From the NCBI GenBank assembly GCA_030141605.1, contig JAQGDQ010000044.1, positions 558,001 through 622,000 on the forward strand: a stretch of 64,000 nt of DNA, given 5' to 3'. Source of the stretch: Tubiluchus corallicola (taxonomy: Eukaryota; Animalia; Priapulida). Positions 1-13,200 of this stretch are shown piece by piece. Positions within the stretch are counted from its first letter, which is position 1. Each line of letters begins with the position of its first letter. The notes beneath the pieces were generated by a model. It was not told the origin of the DNA and searched no databases. It saw only the letters and a program-made list of their open reading frames with translations. The position numbers were made by a program, and so were the translations under genes.

Positions 1-451
1 AAGCTAAACATCTAATAACTTGCCTAGCGGTTTCCTTTTGATGTTTTAGTTGCGAATCACTCTTTCCGGCTTAATGAGTTAATAGTCAAAGATGCAGGTA
101 CAGTACATTTACTGGCTATGTCATGAAGCAATATAAGTGAGCAGGCGATTCAGAACTGTTTTAGTCATGCCCAGTTCAGACGTGTGTGATTTAGAAAAGT
201 ATACTTTTTAATTTATTGTTAATTCGCTTATATAAATTAATATTTTAAAATATTTTTTTCTAATTTTTAACTGCACAAAGGAATTTAGGCATTAGTTCGT
301 TTCTAGAATTGATTAAAAGCCTTTGCAGTGCATAGTAAGCTGATGACTCATACTTCTATAGTAGTAATACTACGCCCATCGGTTAATAGGTTCAGTCGGT
401 TAATTGGGTCAAAACACGTCGGTCCCAAAGTCTATTAGGCGGTGACTACTG
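1..451 (+). mobile_element. pogo/Tigger-like DNA transposon remnant (3' end)
   Basis: Region ~112-177 translates as LAMS*SNISEQAIQNCFSHAQF, resembling the Tigger transposase C-terminal AW..V...TI.NCF.KAGF motif. Ends in ...GGCGGTGACTACTG|TA, a CAGT-type terminus with TA target. Confidence 0.55.
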
Positions 452-2957
452 TATTTACATAAATTGTTTGTCATGAAGACTAACGAAAATTAATGAAAAC
501 GAATAACGAAAGTCTATGCAGCTGATTGAATCAACAGTAGGTTTAGCTATGATACTGTACATATGTGCATTATGTTATGACCCATAATAAGTTGTAAAAA
601 CAATCTTCTAAGCTGTGGACACTGTTTACAACAAATGGGACGGGGGCTGGCGACAGCAGTATTACAAGTGTTTTTTATATTGAAAAATGTCATGTTGGCA
701 GGACTTTGAGAAATCATATAAAACTGTGTTTCGTAGTAACAAGTTTCGTATTAACCATTAGTGAATAAAGTGATTAGATAGGTTTTATTATAACCTTGGC
801 AGGGACATACTAAAATCATCGTACTACCAAGAGTTTCATTATAAGCCAAATTGTATTACCGGCATTTGACTGTATAACTTTTTTTCACTCTTATCATGTT
901 AAGTGTTCAGAACATCTATGTGGTAAATGTGCCAAAATATTTCTGTAGTAATTTTTATATTTGCATCGACATGGAAATGAGCTCGAGCCAGACATTTAGC
1001 TACTGAATGCAGATGATATAAATGTATGTTACTTTGTGTTTACGTATTTATTGAGCCACACTATTGTGTTTTTTAGTGACTCGTCTCATCTGCTGGACCC
1101 ATTTGTAGTTATGAGTTCTGTAAAAATATCAATTTTTAATATTCAGCATTCCTCTCTTTTGAGTTTTTTAGTTATAGTGTTAATAGATAACATCCTGTAT
1201 GATAAACTGTTCATTTATCATCACTTGTTGTTCATCATCATTTGTCATCATCAAACAAACTACTCTATTTTGTATATTATTTATGTTAATTGTCTGGATG
1301 GCTTACTTTTTGATGTTTTTGCCATGTATTGGTTCTCCAAACATATCTCCAAATTATAAATGCAATTATATTGTTTCAAAATTGTGACGTGTGTTGAATA
1401 AAAAATAAAGTTAAAAAGTTAAATGTTAAAATTATTAATATGCTGCAAAACTTGGCTTTTACAAATTAATTACTGTTGTGTGCTTTGTTACTGTTGGCAT
1501 TTTTCAAGTGTAAATAAATATGTATTAAACGGTTTCAAACAATTATATCAGTTTTGTTTACTCGTTTGCGAAGTGTGAAGAGGCCGGTTTGCTGTAATAC
1601 GCTTTTTGGTTGTTTGAAAAAGAGCTGTAGCTCAACTTGTAAAACATTGTTCTCAGCCTGTAGCTTGGAAGCTGAAATTTGGCCATAGTAGCATTTTATT
1701 TCTCAAAGCCTATGTGATCGGGGGACAGAGTTGAGTAAGCGGAAACCAGAAACACGCGTAACTCCAGTTATATGAGCATTCCTGATTAGCTTGAGTAGTT
1801 ATTAACCAGGATTAGGACTAGATAATGTATGTCAGTAAAGAAAAGACAGTTAATTTTTTATACAATAGTTTTGTCATGGACAGAAATCAAGCAAAGCAAC
1901 ATGTGCAAGCTCTGTATTTGAAATGGACTGATTTGTACCCTTGACAACACATACATGGTATAAACATTACAGCATTCATATACACCATGGATGGCTATTG
2001 CTGGCTATAACAAGGGAAAAAATTTGCATTTGGTGAAGCGCTGCCGGGGCAATGAGATTGAGTTGCAGTTCGAAAAAAATTGCCCTAAATGATTACTAAA
2101 CAAACATTGAAATCCAGTTTATGCCGTCACACACTATATTGTACTCTAATTCAAACGTAAACTTTGCATTGTTAAAACATAATAAGTGAGGAATTATCGC
2201 CCTGACTAACATGGTTAATTTGTTTAACGACGGTCTCTGGCAGTTGTATTGCTTACGGTGCTTTAACAATAATGCCTGCACATAGAGAGGCGTGTTTCTT
2301 AACTCAAAATGGCTTGTGGTGGGCTGATTTTTACAGGACACTTGTGTAATACTAACTGACCCAATGATTACTCAGATGTTCAGGGTGTCAGGAAGTGACA
2401 GCCCCGCTATACTTGAAAGTTATCACAAATAGATGCTGATTTATTTTTAATATTCTAATCAATATAAAACCTCTTAATGTTTTTTAGGTTCTTTCCACTT
2501 CTTGGCGCCAGAAAAAAAAATCAACGAAGCTCTTGAAGGAATGAACCATCCCAGTCCCATTGAGAAATCAACATGAATCATATTAGTCCCGGTTTATGGC
2601 CATCATAGCAACGAACAATAGCAAAGCTAAATATTGGGATGTGTTCTATCTACTTTCGGTTTCTTCTGTACAAAAGAAGTAACCATTTCCTCGTCTCCCT
2701 TAGTTACTAATAAAAGTGTGTCTTTTATTAGTAATAAAAGTAATAGTAATAAAAACACAGTTTACAATTGGCACTCTCAAAGTTTGGTTAATCATTTACT
2801 CACATAACTAGGAAACGTCCAAATTATTTTTTACTTTGCAAGCTTGAATTGGCACTCAATGGCAGTTCATGAGTGACATATTGATGATTGTGTGGCAGGA
2901 CAGGAAGTATGCTCTACCTAAGATAATACCGCATGGGAAGACACTGAAGCATGCTAT

Positions 2958-3080
2958 GTACCTACCTACCTACCTACCTACCTACCTACCTACCTATCTA
3001 CCTACCTACCTACCTACCTACCTACCTACTTACCTACATACCTATCTATCTACCTACCTACCTACCTACCTGCCTACCTA
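2958..3080. repeat. (CTAC)n microsatellite
   Basis: Tetranucleotide array seen directly; explains the YLPT repeat of ORF 2869-3207. Confidence 0.95.
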
Positions 3081-3896
3081 TTTACTTATTTACTTTCTTA
3101 CTATAACTATTACTGGGCGAGAAATTTTATCACTTTATTTCACCTCTTCTCAACAGCAGCTTTTGATTACTTTTAGTCCTATACTGTGTTTTGATAAATA
3201 TTACTGACCTTCGAAAGGCGCAACAAAAAGAAATTTACACAGGTAATGCGCTGATATTTTGTTTTTGGTTCCACTGAAATGGGCCTTGGCTTTTAAATCC
3301 ACATTATGCTCATACAGTTGACTGAGAAAGGAAACACTACACAGGAACTGGATTAAGGGGTGCTGATGCCCCCTTAGCACACCCAGCACGTGATGCCTCG
3401 ACTATCTCCTTTGCCCCATTTTGCCTTTGGTTCCACTGAGATTGGCTATGGTTTTCAAATCCACTTCATGCTCATATTATAATTGACTGAAAAACGAAAC
3501 ACTACTCTCACCACATTAATTTGTATGAGAGTTTCTAACTTTCAACTACTGAGACGTTAAATGGTAAAAGTTACAAACTGCTTCCTATAAAACCGATATT
3601 ACAGGTCATAACATTAGTTTTGTGTTAACAAAGTACTCCCAGGTAGATGTTAACAAAGCTTCGTGCACGTACAAACATTTTATGAACAAAATAAAGCGTA
3701 TACAGTATATTTCTGTGCTTTGAGGGCAAGCTGAGAATAATATTTTTCTCTTTCTTGATATCTTCGTACAAATTTTATCATTGATGTGTTAAAATTCACA
3801 GCTTGGTTACTCAATCAGCAGATTTGAGATACATGAATTGTTGTAAAACGTGTGTACGAATGTAGAGAACACACGAAGGTAAGCATAACGTAGTTA

Positions 3897-4298
3897 CAGG
3901 GTCGTCCAGAAGAAATCATTACCTGTAATTTTTTTATAATTTTATAAAATCAAAAAGGTATGAAAATTTAGCAGAATAGCCGCAAATACATACATACATA
4001 TAAATATACAAGAGCAAATTTAGTGCTATGTCTTATGCTTTATTCTTGCTGAAGTTTTTAAACGTATGGTGCCCAAAATTGTATTTTAAAATAAAGAAAA
4101 GGATTTTTTCAAAATGAAATGAAAAGCTGTTTTAAATGAAAAGGAAATACAATTTTAAGTATCACATTCTTGACAAATTTAACAAAAATAAAAGCTATAA
4201 CTTACAACTAAATTTTCTCTTGTACATATACAGTAATCTGTTAAGTTTTTATGCGTTTCATAAAATAATTTGCAAGTAAAGTTTTCTGCTCGACCCTG
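3897..4298. mobile_element. Tc1/mariner-type MITE
   Basis: TA|CAGGGTCGTCCAGAAGAAA ... TTTTCTGCTCGACCCTG|TA: imperfect TIRs flanked by TA. A second degenerate TIR copy lies at ~4318-4336. Confidence 0.55.
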
Positions 4299-6177
4299 TA
4301 TAATTTGGAGGTATTGTTTTCCTGGTCGACCCCGTATAAAAGCTAAAAAAGCTAGCACAAAAACTAGTTACAGTAGATAGTTTAGGATTCATCTTCTATA
4401 TATAAAGTAACACCAAACTCAGTTTGGATCAAATTAAATAATCGTACTAGTCAACGGACAAATCAGCCATATTCTAACAATCAGACGTCTAAGCAAAACT
4501 TCAAATACTCTGCACAATTTTTGAAAACGACTCTATTGTTGGACATGAAGCATAGATTAAAATTTTGCGCAGTGCAAGAAACTTGCAGCGTAATACTGTA
4601 GTAGCCTAAACTATTACAAGTATTGCGAAAATCATTTAATACGTAAAACCGTCGATCCGCGAAACACTAGTCAGTATAGAACAAATTTGCTAAGCTATAA
4701 AATTACTAAACTGTTGAATCTGCATCCACTTGTTTCACGCCACGTCATCTCAATGTCACCCGAATTTTACTGCTGGGCAGATCCTATCCAGATGATCCGT
4801 CCCCGCTTTATAATAACGCCACAGCATCATTCAATACTTTAAAATGCCTGGAACACATTTAGCTAAATACTGTTTTAACAATCGCCCGCAATAATGTGGG
4901 CCCACCACACAATATCGTGAGTTTCAGAAATACAAGGTAGAAAAAATGGAGCTATGCAAAATACCATTTTTACGTCACTATGATGTCATGATAAGAGTGT
5001 TCTTTGGCCTCTTCAAAGCAATTCAACTTGATTAATTTTTTTTTTATAAAATTCGGCGTTGTTCAATTTAGCTTTTATTTCTGCATTAAAAATTGCCATA
5101 TAACACACCAAAAAGACAAATTACTATATACACACAAAAACACAAAATACTAAAGCTACTAAGTATAGACAGGCGTTCAAAGAAATCATAGCACTGTGAT
5201 CGTGGTATGCAAACCAGTTAAGATAAGATATTATAAGACAAATTTTATTTAATGACGATTCCAATATGAGGAGTTAAAGATCTTCATCAATTAAAATCAC
5301 CAAAAGTTAAACCTCCAAACACGTAGTCAACAAATCATAGAAAAACAAATAGGTATGTATGTAATTTATTAAAAGTTTGATACCAAACTTGAAAGACGGG
5401 AATTGTAAAAATGGTCGAATTCTGTTGACAGCTATGGGCAGGGTGAACTTTGGATTGATTTGCCACTACCGAATACCGAATGCAGTGGCTGAACAATATG
5501 AAACCGTAGAAACAAACGATTCGAACGAATTGAATTAAAAATCAGCAAAATTCACTTTAACGTATGCCACCGTAGGCTCACCGACCTAATTATGTGGCCT
5601 CAAAAAGCCACTCAAGTGGAAGAATAAGGCGCGCAAGCAGCACATCTCATTTCTCAGAATCTTTAGAGTGGTAGGTGTAATAAACACAAGAATGCGAACG
5701 CTATACCCGGCCACTGGTGTAGAAATATACACAACAATATACACATACAACAACAAGTTTAGCGCGACAGGAGAATTTGAGTTGACTGGACTGACAAGTA
5801 ACGTCGCCATCAGAGCCCGAGGACATCACGTTTAGCTTTCTTCCGATCTGGGTGTTAGGATTTTGTTGATTAGCTAGTTGCATACGCTAGCAAAAAATGG
5901 CTGCCGGAAACAAAGTTGGAGGAGTGAGTTGCAGCTGCTACCACCAAGTTCAAATTGCATACGGCTAGACTAGTATCAACTTACTTATAAGGCTAAATAT
6001 ATGCGTATACTGTGAAGGGTATACTATGAGTTTAAGTTTTCCTGTGAATGCCTATACATGTACAGTGTCAATATTATTAGAAGAGTACTAGAAATCGTTG
6101 TCTCTGCGATTACAGAAACTCATCAGTTTGTAACTCGTGTAAGTACATTAACAGTAATTGTTTCTCTGAAGTGGAAT

Positions 6178-6187
6178 TGTGTGTGTG

Positions 6188-6219
<32 letters not shown>

Positions 6220-6242
6220 TGCGTGCGTGAGAGAGAGAGAGA
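6178..6242. repeat. compound (GT)n(GCGT)n(GA)n microsatellite
   Basis: Seen directly; similar arrays at 9155-9210 and 9350-9447 flank the 3' side of the cGLR ORF. Confidence 0.95.
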
Positions 6243-6470
6243 AGAGAGGGCGAGAGAAACAAAGCGAAAAAGAGAAGAGCATGAATGAGAGAAATATGGT
6301 TTAAGAGAAACAGAGGGAGACAAACAGAAAGCCAGGGAGAGGCGAGGGCTTATAAAAATTTTCATGATACTTATTGGTGTTTCAGAAAATGAAAATCGTT
6401 GACATCTTGGAACAGAAACAAAAATAGAGTGGGTGGAAAAGTGCAGTAATATGACTGGGTTACTCACAAG

Positions 6471-9029
6471 ATGCGGCTGCAGTTAGTTTCGAACTTGGGT
6501 GAGCTTTTGGAGGTCCAAATGGAGCCCGCAGAACTCTTTGCTGACACCAGAAAACGATGCAAGAGCTTTGGAGACACAATAGGCAATGACAAGAACTTCA
6601 TGTCAAAGAAAAGACATGGCAGCCAAAGAGTAACACCTAAAGAAAGACAGAAAGCTTTGGATGATGCCTTGCTAGAAGCAGCTTACTGTGGACAGGTGGA
6701 AAATGTGAATAAGTGGATTACAGATGGAGCAAGTATCGATTGTATTTCTGAAATGCACAGCAATCGTTATGAATATGAAGAGAAAGGAGGAACTCCACTG
6801 CACATAGCTGCTGCAATGGGTCATACTGATGTGGTCAATAGACTGCTAGATATGGGTGCTAAAATAGAGAGTACCAGAAACAATGGCTGGAGACCATTAG
6901 AACTAGCTTGCAGGAAAGGCCATGCGGATGTAGTGGAAACGTTGCTAAATCGCTGTGCTAATATTCATTGTACTCAAATAAACGACGATAGTACACCATT
7001 ACACCAGGCTGCTTGGTGCGGTCAACCTGAAGTTACAGAGGTGCTCATTGAACATGGTGCCAAAGTAAATTGGCATAATCTTCAGAATACGACTCCTCTA
7101 GATGACGCTACAAAACAAGGACATACGTCCATTGTGGAAATTTTGATAAGAAATAGTGCAAGTGTAAATGTGAAGAATTATCGTGGTAATACACCACTGC
7201 ATCACGCAGCATGGGAAGGACATGTAGATGTCGTGAAACTTCTCATTAATAATGGTGCAAATATCCATGCAAAGAACTACATGCGAGAAACGCCTTTGAA
7301 TTTAGCTTGTAAATGGGGTAATATTGACGTGATAAATGTATTATGTGAAGAAATTAAAAATCAAAGTTCCTACAGTGGTAGCATCAAGCAAGTTTTGAAC
7401 ACTGTAAATGTAACTGGAAATACGAATCTTCACCTTGCTTGTATCAATGCCCATAACGTTGATACAAGCGTACAAACTGTGGTAGACCTTTTAGATAAAG
7501 GAGTTGACGCTAATATAATGAATTACAAAAACAAAACTGTGTACGATATGTGCACAAAGCCTTTAGGAAGAACACCAGTTAACAAAGCTCAAAAGAAAAT
7601 TGCTGGTGTCTTGGTTACGCACAAGTACTTTGGCAGATTTCGGGATATGCATGCGGAAGATCTTGTGAAGGATCCAGAACATGATTTTTTAATAGGAAAC
7701 AACAAGTGTTCCTTGATCGATCTTGTAAATCTTCCGGGAATAGGATTGCTGCAAGATTTTGAAGAATTTGACATTGTGCGTGAGACGCTGGAAGACCTAC
7801 TACAGACTGTTTGCAATAAGATGAATGAGATATCTCTGGTGCAGTGCAAATCATTGCTGATTGGTAGTGCATCTTGTGGTATGAAGATTGGCCAGCCCGA
7901 CGAATTTGATTATTTTATAGTAATAGAAAATCACCCACATCTTCTAGTCAATGTATTAAATGTGAATAATGTAATAGGTGCCAAAGTTTCTGAAAAGCAG
8001 CAGAATGTTTGTATGTTGCCAGTAAACCTCAAAGAACTGTTCATGCGGACGTTGTGTACCGCCGTGGCAGCTGTCCTTAATTTAAAAGTGACGAAAGAAA
8101 GAGTAATTCCACAAGACTTTCCCTTTGTTGTTGAGTGGAATAAAATCTGTACGTGTTTCAAATTGCTGGTTAAAATCAAAAGTGGGAAATTTCGTCCAGT
8201 TTCGGTTGATGTAACACCATGTATTGAAAGCATTGGGAAGCCACCGGGATCTAATATTAGCTGGCCAGTCTTCGTTAACTGCTATCATTTTATACCTAAG
8301 CCACTTGGTAAAGGTAAACAGTCGAAATTGTATTGTTCTGCATCAATAGCAGTGACCGAGTCTCTGTTCCTTTTCAGTCTTGATGACAGCATCAAAAGAG
8401 GTGGCTGTCTTGTTAAGGTTTTAGTGAAACCTGTTATTTATGGAGGCACTGTAAATAACAGAATAGCAAAAAACCTGAAAGGCCGGGCAGCAAGAAGGCA
8501 TAGCAAACTGCTCTCGGCAAAAGTTAACTTGCCAAAACTTTTTAGCGCCTTGAAGTACGAACCTGATCAACTGATCGATTCCTATATGATCAAGTTGGCT
8601 TTTATAAGAGAAGCGATAGAAAGACCTGCTGGTGAAGACTGGCTTGGAGAAGACGACCTTAAAAATCGAGCAGTGTCCATATTTTCCTACATCAAAGAGT
8701 GTTGTGACAAAGAGCTGATGCCGCACCCATTTGTGCCACACCTCAATGTCTTTCACGAACTAAAAGATAAACGGTTAAGCAACATACCGATTTTGGTTTT
8801 GGCGGGCAAGTGCGCTGCCGCAATTGCTGGTCTAGTCGAGTCGGGCAACGTTCCAACACGGTCAGGATTGATTCAACCTGACGTTGAAGAATTTGAAGCG
8901 AAACTTGTTGATGAAATAAATAACAACATGCAGGCCGACCACAAACCAGAAGCCACCGAATGGATTAGGGCCCTGTGGAAGCCAATCGTGGACACAGATG
9001 CTCAGTTATTAGTTTCTTGTGTTAGGTGA
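6471..9029 (+). CDS. Ankyrin-repeat cGAS-like receptor (ANK + Mab21/cGAS nucleotidyltransferase, cGLR)
   Basis: 852-aa uninterrupted ORF. About 8 ankyrin repeats (GGTPLHIAA, RPLELAC, TPLHQAA, TPLDDAT, GNTPLHHAA, ETPLNLAC, GNTNLHLAC). NTase signature LIGSASCGMKIGQPDEFDYFIVI, third acidic residue in VSVDVTPCI, and Mab21 C-lobe motifs IDSYMIK and MPHPFVPHLNVF. The true start could involve an upstream exon. Confidence 0.9.
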   Translation: MRLQLVSNLGELLEVQMEPAELFADTRKRCKSFGDTIGNDKNFMSKKRHGSQRVTPKERQKALDDALLEAAYCGQVENVNKWITDGASIDCISEMHSNRYEYEEKGGTPLHIAAAMGHTDVVNRLLDMGAKIESTRNNGWRPLELACRKGHADVVETLLNRCANIHCTQINDDSTPLHQAAWCGQPEVTEVLIEHGAKVNWHNLQNTTPLDDATKQGHTSIVEILIRNSASVNVKNYRGNTPLHHAAWEGHVDVVKLLINNGANIHAKNYMRETPLNLACKWGNIDVINVLCEEIKNQSSYSGSIKQVLNTVNVTGNTNLHLACINAHNVDTSVQTVVDLLDKGVDANIMNYKNKTVYDMCTKPLGRTPVNKAQKKIAGVLVTHKYFGRFRDMHAEDLVKDPEHDFLIGNNKCSLIDLVNLPGIGLLQDFEEFDIVRETLEDLLQTVCNKMNEISLVQCKSLLIGSASCGMKIGQPDEFDYFIVIENHPHLLVNVLNVNNVIGAKVSEKQQNVCMLPVNLKELFMRTLCTAVAAVLNLKVTKERVIPQDFPFVVEWNKICTCFKLLVKIKSGKFRPVSVDVTPCIESIGKPPGSNISWPVFVNCYHFIPKPLGKGKQSKLYCSASIAVTESLFLFSLDDSIKRGGCLVKVLVKPVIYGGTVNNRIAKNLKGRAARRHSKLLSAKVNLPKLFSALKYEPDQLIDSYMIKLAFIREAIERPAGEDWLGEDDLKNRAVSIFSYIKECCDKELMPHPFVPHLNVFHELKDKRLSNIPILVLAGKCAAAIAGLVESGNVPTRSGLIQPDVEEFEAKLVDEINNNMQADHKPEATEWIRALWKPIVDTDAQLLVSCVR

Positions 9030-9163
9030 AGAATGCGCAGAGGGGAATAGTGAAGTTTTTGTGTGAAAATCAACAAAAATTTTACTGGCTTATTCTGAAA
9101 ATTGCTAGCCATTTGGCTTGATAATGAATATTTCTTTAAGGTGTTATGGGGTCTGTGTGAGTG

Positions 9164-9196
<33 letters not shown>

Positions 9197-9411
9197 GTGT
9201 GTGTGTGTGTAATGAATCGCGTTACTTTTTTGCCACTTTTGTGGAAAAGAATGCAAATGTGTCAAAGTTAATCTTAGTGACAGCGATGATGACACTGATA
9301 AACAATGATTTTTTGTACAGCAAAAACCAGCTACTGCAACCTGAGATCCAACACACATACACGCACGCACACACACACACGCGTGCACACACACACATAC
9401 ACGTGCACACG

Positions 9412-9451
<40 letters not shown>

Positions 9452-10149
9452 TATAAAATCTTTATTGTACAAATTATACACATTTACAGGTATGATAAAA
9501 TACATGAAAATATTGTATGTATAACTAGTCAAAGACTGTTGTAGACAATAGTGTTTAACTAGAAAAAAATTACAAAAGTTATTGTTTTTTAAAAAGTGAA
9601 TAAAAGAGGTAAAATATATTGTCTACATCGCGTGAAATTAAAATTGAATTACAAAATATAACTTCATAAAATTCATATCGACTACGCATACGCACAAAAC
9701 GTTTAAAATGACTTTAACATGTGTATTTTTATAATGAGATTTATTTGTTTCGATTATTTTATGGAATTTAGATTATACTGCTGGCAATATATCTATAGAC
9801 ATAATCATTATTTGCAGCTGTTTTATCATTTTTATAAAGGGGCCTCTCGTTATTTTTGAGATCTCTTAAACTCGTTGAAAACTCGTTTTATTTCTTGAGG
9901 AGCTGAATTCCAGATATTAATAGCCACTTTACATATTGAGTTATGACCTTGTTTAGTGTTTGCCTGAATTTGCTTTATGTTAAGAGTTCTCTTGTTTAAC
10001 TGCTTATCTTTAATAAAAGGTATGTAATTATATTCAAATGGTTTGCTGATATTATGTTTTGTTTTTATAAATGAACAGATACGGCGTTGTATAATGCCTT
10101 CTATGGTGGAAACGTTTAGTTTTTTCTGTTTGCCATTACTGAATCTTGA

Positions 10150-10290
10150 ACTGTAGGTCGAAACAATCTAGTCTTTAAAATATTGAAAGGAGACATATTG
10201 TTTTTTACGTGAAAGAATTATTACTACACAAACGCTCGCGTTCGAGCCACTAGTTTTTCGCTGTTAAATGCATTTCGCCATTCGCTAGTC
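10150..10290 (-). repeat. dispersed repeat copy (family also at ~48528-48712 and tandemised at 49561-49797)
   Basis: Reverse complement matches CGAATGGCGAAATGCAT..AACAGCGAA..ACTAGTGGC...CCTTTCAATATTTTAAAGA.TAGATTGTTT.GACCTACAG at 48.5-48.7 kb. Confidence 0.75.
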
Positions 10291-13200
10291 AGATTCGCCA
10301 GCCCGCCCGCGTTAACAGCCGCTAGATTCGAACTCAAGACTGCATGGTTGCAGTCCGAAATAGAGACAATTTGGCTTCGCAGCTCCTGGTCAGCTCTAGT
10401 GTTTTTATTTCGGAATCGATTAAAGAATAATCATAATTAAAAGGATGAATAATCGAAATCAAAAGCGATGATTCATTACAATTGAAAGAGAACCCTCTCA
10501 GCTTCTCCTCTCAGCCACACATTTAGTAGGCTTATGGGGACGCCTCTGACAACTCCAGAGATGATAAATATGACAATTAATAATCAATGTAAATGTGAAC
10601 GGAGAAGTTTGGCCCATATTGACTTGTACTTCCAAGACAGATGTGATTTTGTAAATAGGTTGAAGACAATTCGAAGCTCGTTAGCAACGTCCGCGAGCAG
10701 TTGATGGAGTGTTGTACCTGGTCAGTCGAGTGACCAGTGCGCGTTATACTATTGTTCCTAATAGACGTAAGTGTTGTCAGAGCTCGGTCTTGTGAAATAC
10801 GTAGCTGGTAGCCAGCTGACCTAGGAACGGTTAGCGAGGACCGATAGTCGGGCCACTGGCTTTAGGACAGTGACACCCCAGGGCTCTGTCGTAGTGACAG
10901 GAGAGGATAACGAAGCGCTCAGAAGTCGAGATGCCCAGATAACAGCCATCAGGTGTATCATAAGGGGGGGGCGACAGGGACTCCGTGACTGAGGCTTGGG
11001 CGTTGATGTTAAGCAGGCGAAAAGATGTAAACTCTCTGTCGTACGTTCTGAAGGCAGGAGCTAAACTTTCTATTGCTATTAGCACAAACTAAGCATAGAT
11101 AATAGCTCATATTGGAACTGGACTTGGCAAATTACTGGACCTTATAAATTTGCCAGTCCCAGAGTTAAGTAATCCTTAATATTGTTTTCTTTTTGGTAAT
11201 ACGTGGAAGATTGTATTTGATTATTTGTACTTGTGCACTATTGTTAAATGCAGCTTAAAGTAGCAATTGTAAAGAAAACGAAATGTAACCTTAATGAAGC
11301 CATTTGTACGGCAAATTATTAAAGCAATTCTTTGCTAATCTATTGTGATATTATATTTTGAACAGAGTTTTGATTCTGAGTGTTTACTGATGTTTGGCAT
11401 TTCTAAATTTTGTTAAAGTAATATTTACAACTGTTAATGAAAGTATTAGCGTTAACTTTAATCGAGAGCTCACTTAAAGGCTATAACAATTCTGTAAATG
11501 CACTATCTGTTTTACGAACCGTAAACACTAAACATCATCACACTAAAACGGCTTATTGCAGAGCCTTGCTAGAAAACTAGAGAGATAAAGATCTACTTCG
11601 CAGCACGTATTTCGTGCTTTCAAGGTCGATCTGGGATTCATCATTACCGTTTCGACCATGCCTTAGCTCTCGTAGTTGTGAATTAATTAATTGATTAATT
11701 ACCTAATTAGCGGACCGGTAGTACCATTGTATAACACAGTCGCTTTTTGTGGCCGCTTTATATAATGTACTTTACATGGAACGATATAATGTACTTTAAC
11801 CTAGTAAAATCCGCTGTTTATTAAATCCAAACTTCGCTTTATAAATCCACTTTGCGCTGCGAAGATTTCCTCGGTTTATAAATCCAGCCGCTTAACAAAT
11901 CCATTTAGCTTCGCACCAAGGTAGCGATGAAGCGGCTTACACTATAACTAAGTTAGGCAGATTAGTAGACAGACGTTAATCAAATGAAGTAATTGGTTCT
12001 TATTTTTTAAACAAGCTAAATTCAGTTTTTATGGCATTAATTGACATTTTGCTATGTAGCAAAATCTTTTTGATTTATCCGTCATTTTTATTCTCGTGCC
12101 TTTTTGTTTTTTTAACACCGTTAATAACATGCAAAGAAAAGGTGTGTCATAAAACTTACAGGGCACAATCCCCAGGGGGGAGCTATGATTCAGTGACCTT
12201 GGTCAAAGGCCACTGGGTGGACGCGTCTTCATTTTTTCATTAAGCTGCCTCACATCTATAGGTTTAAGCTAGCATAGGGCATCAATTTTTAGTACATTTG
12301 ACTATGGGTCATGTGCGTATGAGAAAATTTTTCGCTAATGGGCCAAAAAGGGAAAATTGGGGTCGGACGAGGAAAGTTTCTCAGTGTTGAGCAACAGTAC
12401 ATTCCAGGATATGAAATGAAAGGCCTTGGCGGGACAACTTGAGCAGCATAGGTTGACTCGAGATTGGTCACCCCAATGAGTCACGGTTCAAAAGGCACAA
12501 ATTCCGCTAATATTCAAACAAAACCTAGACAATTCTTAGGTAATCTAGCATGGTAAATACACATAATGAGTACATGTCCATACGTATTGTTATTTTCAAA
12601 TTTTATTTTTAAATAATAACAAAACAAAAGTTGTCACGTAAACCAAGTACTCTGCTTAGTCCTGTTTTTCACAATGTCTGTAGCATCGGGTAGCTGTTAG
12701 ATTAGAAGCACAAATTATTTCAGTTTTTCTTACATATGATTTCACTGTTTTGCAAGAAACTGTCAGAAAAGAAGCACAAGAAGACATATTAAGCAAAAAC
12801 CGTAAAATTACTTTCTCTCTTATCTGCATGAGGGAATCTATCGAACATCAATCATGACATAATATTCTTTTCTTCCACCTTCTTCTTTCTTGTATATTAA
12901 ATTAACAACTAAAACACATGTAAACGAATGTGATAGAAATATTGAAAAACGTTTGTCATGGGATTCAAACCTGTCTCTTCCACATTTATGTCAAATTTCA
13001 GCAGTTTGAATTGTTCTTCGCGTCATCCCTACTAACAGGATGCTAAATTCTAATTTATTGGAACTTGTAAAATGCGTTGCTTAGCTGCACAAATTCACAT
13101 CCGTGAAAACCGTCGTAGATGTGTCTAAACAAAATTAAAACTTCAACGTGTAAAGCGGCGATTTTAGTGAAAACCTTTCAAGGACCAAGAAAGCATAAAT

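Noticed and set aside
2488-2577. Acceptor followed by GSFHFLAPE..., resembling a kinase APE motif
   Set aside because: Stops after ~29 codons and no other kinase subdomains were found nearby; could be chance or a relic.
10700-11740. GC-richer block with TGT...ACA ends as a possible solo LTR
   Set aside because: No matching TSD, primer-binding site or second copy in the window.
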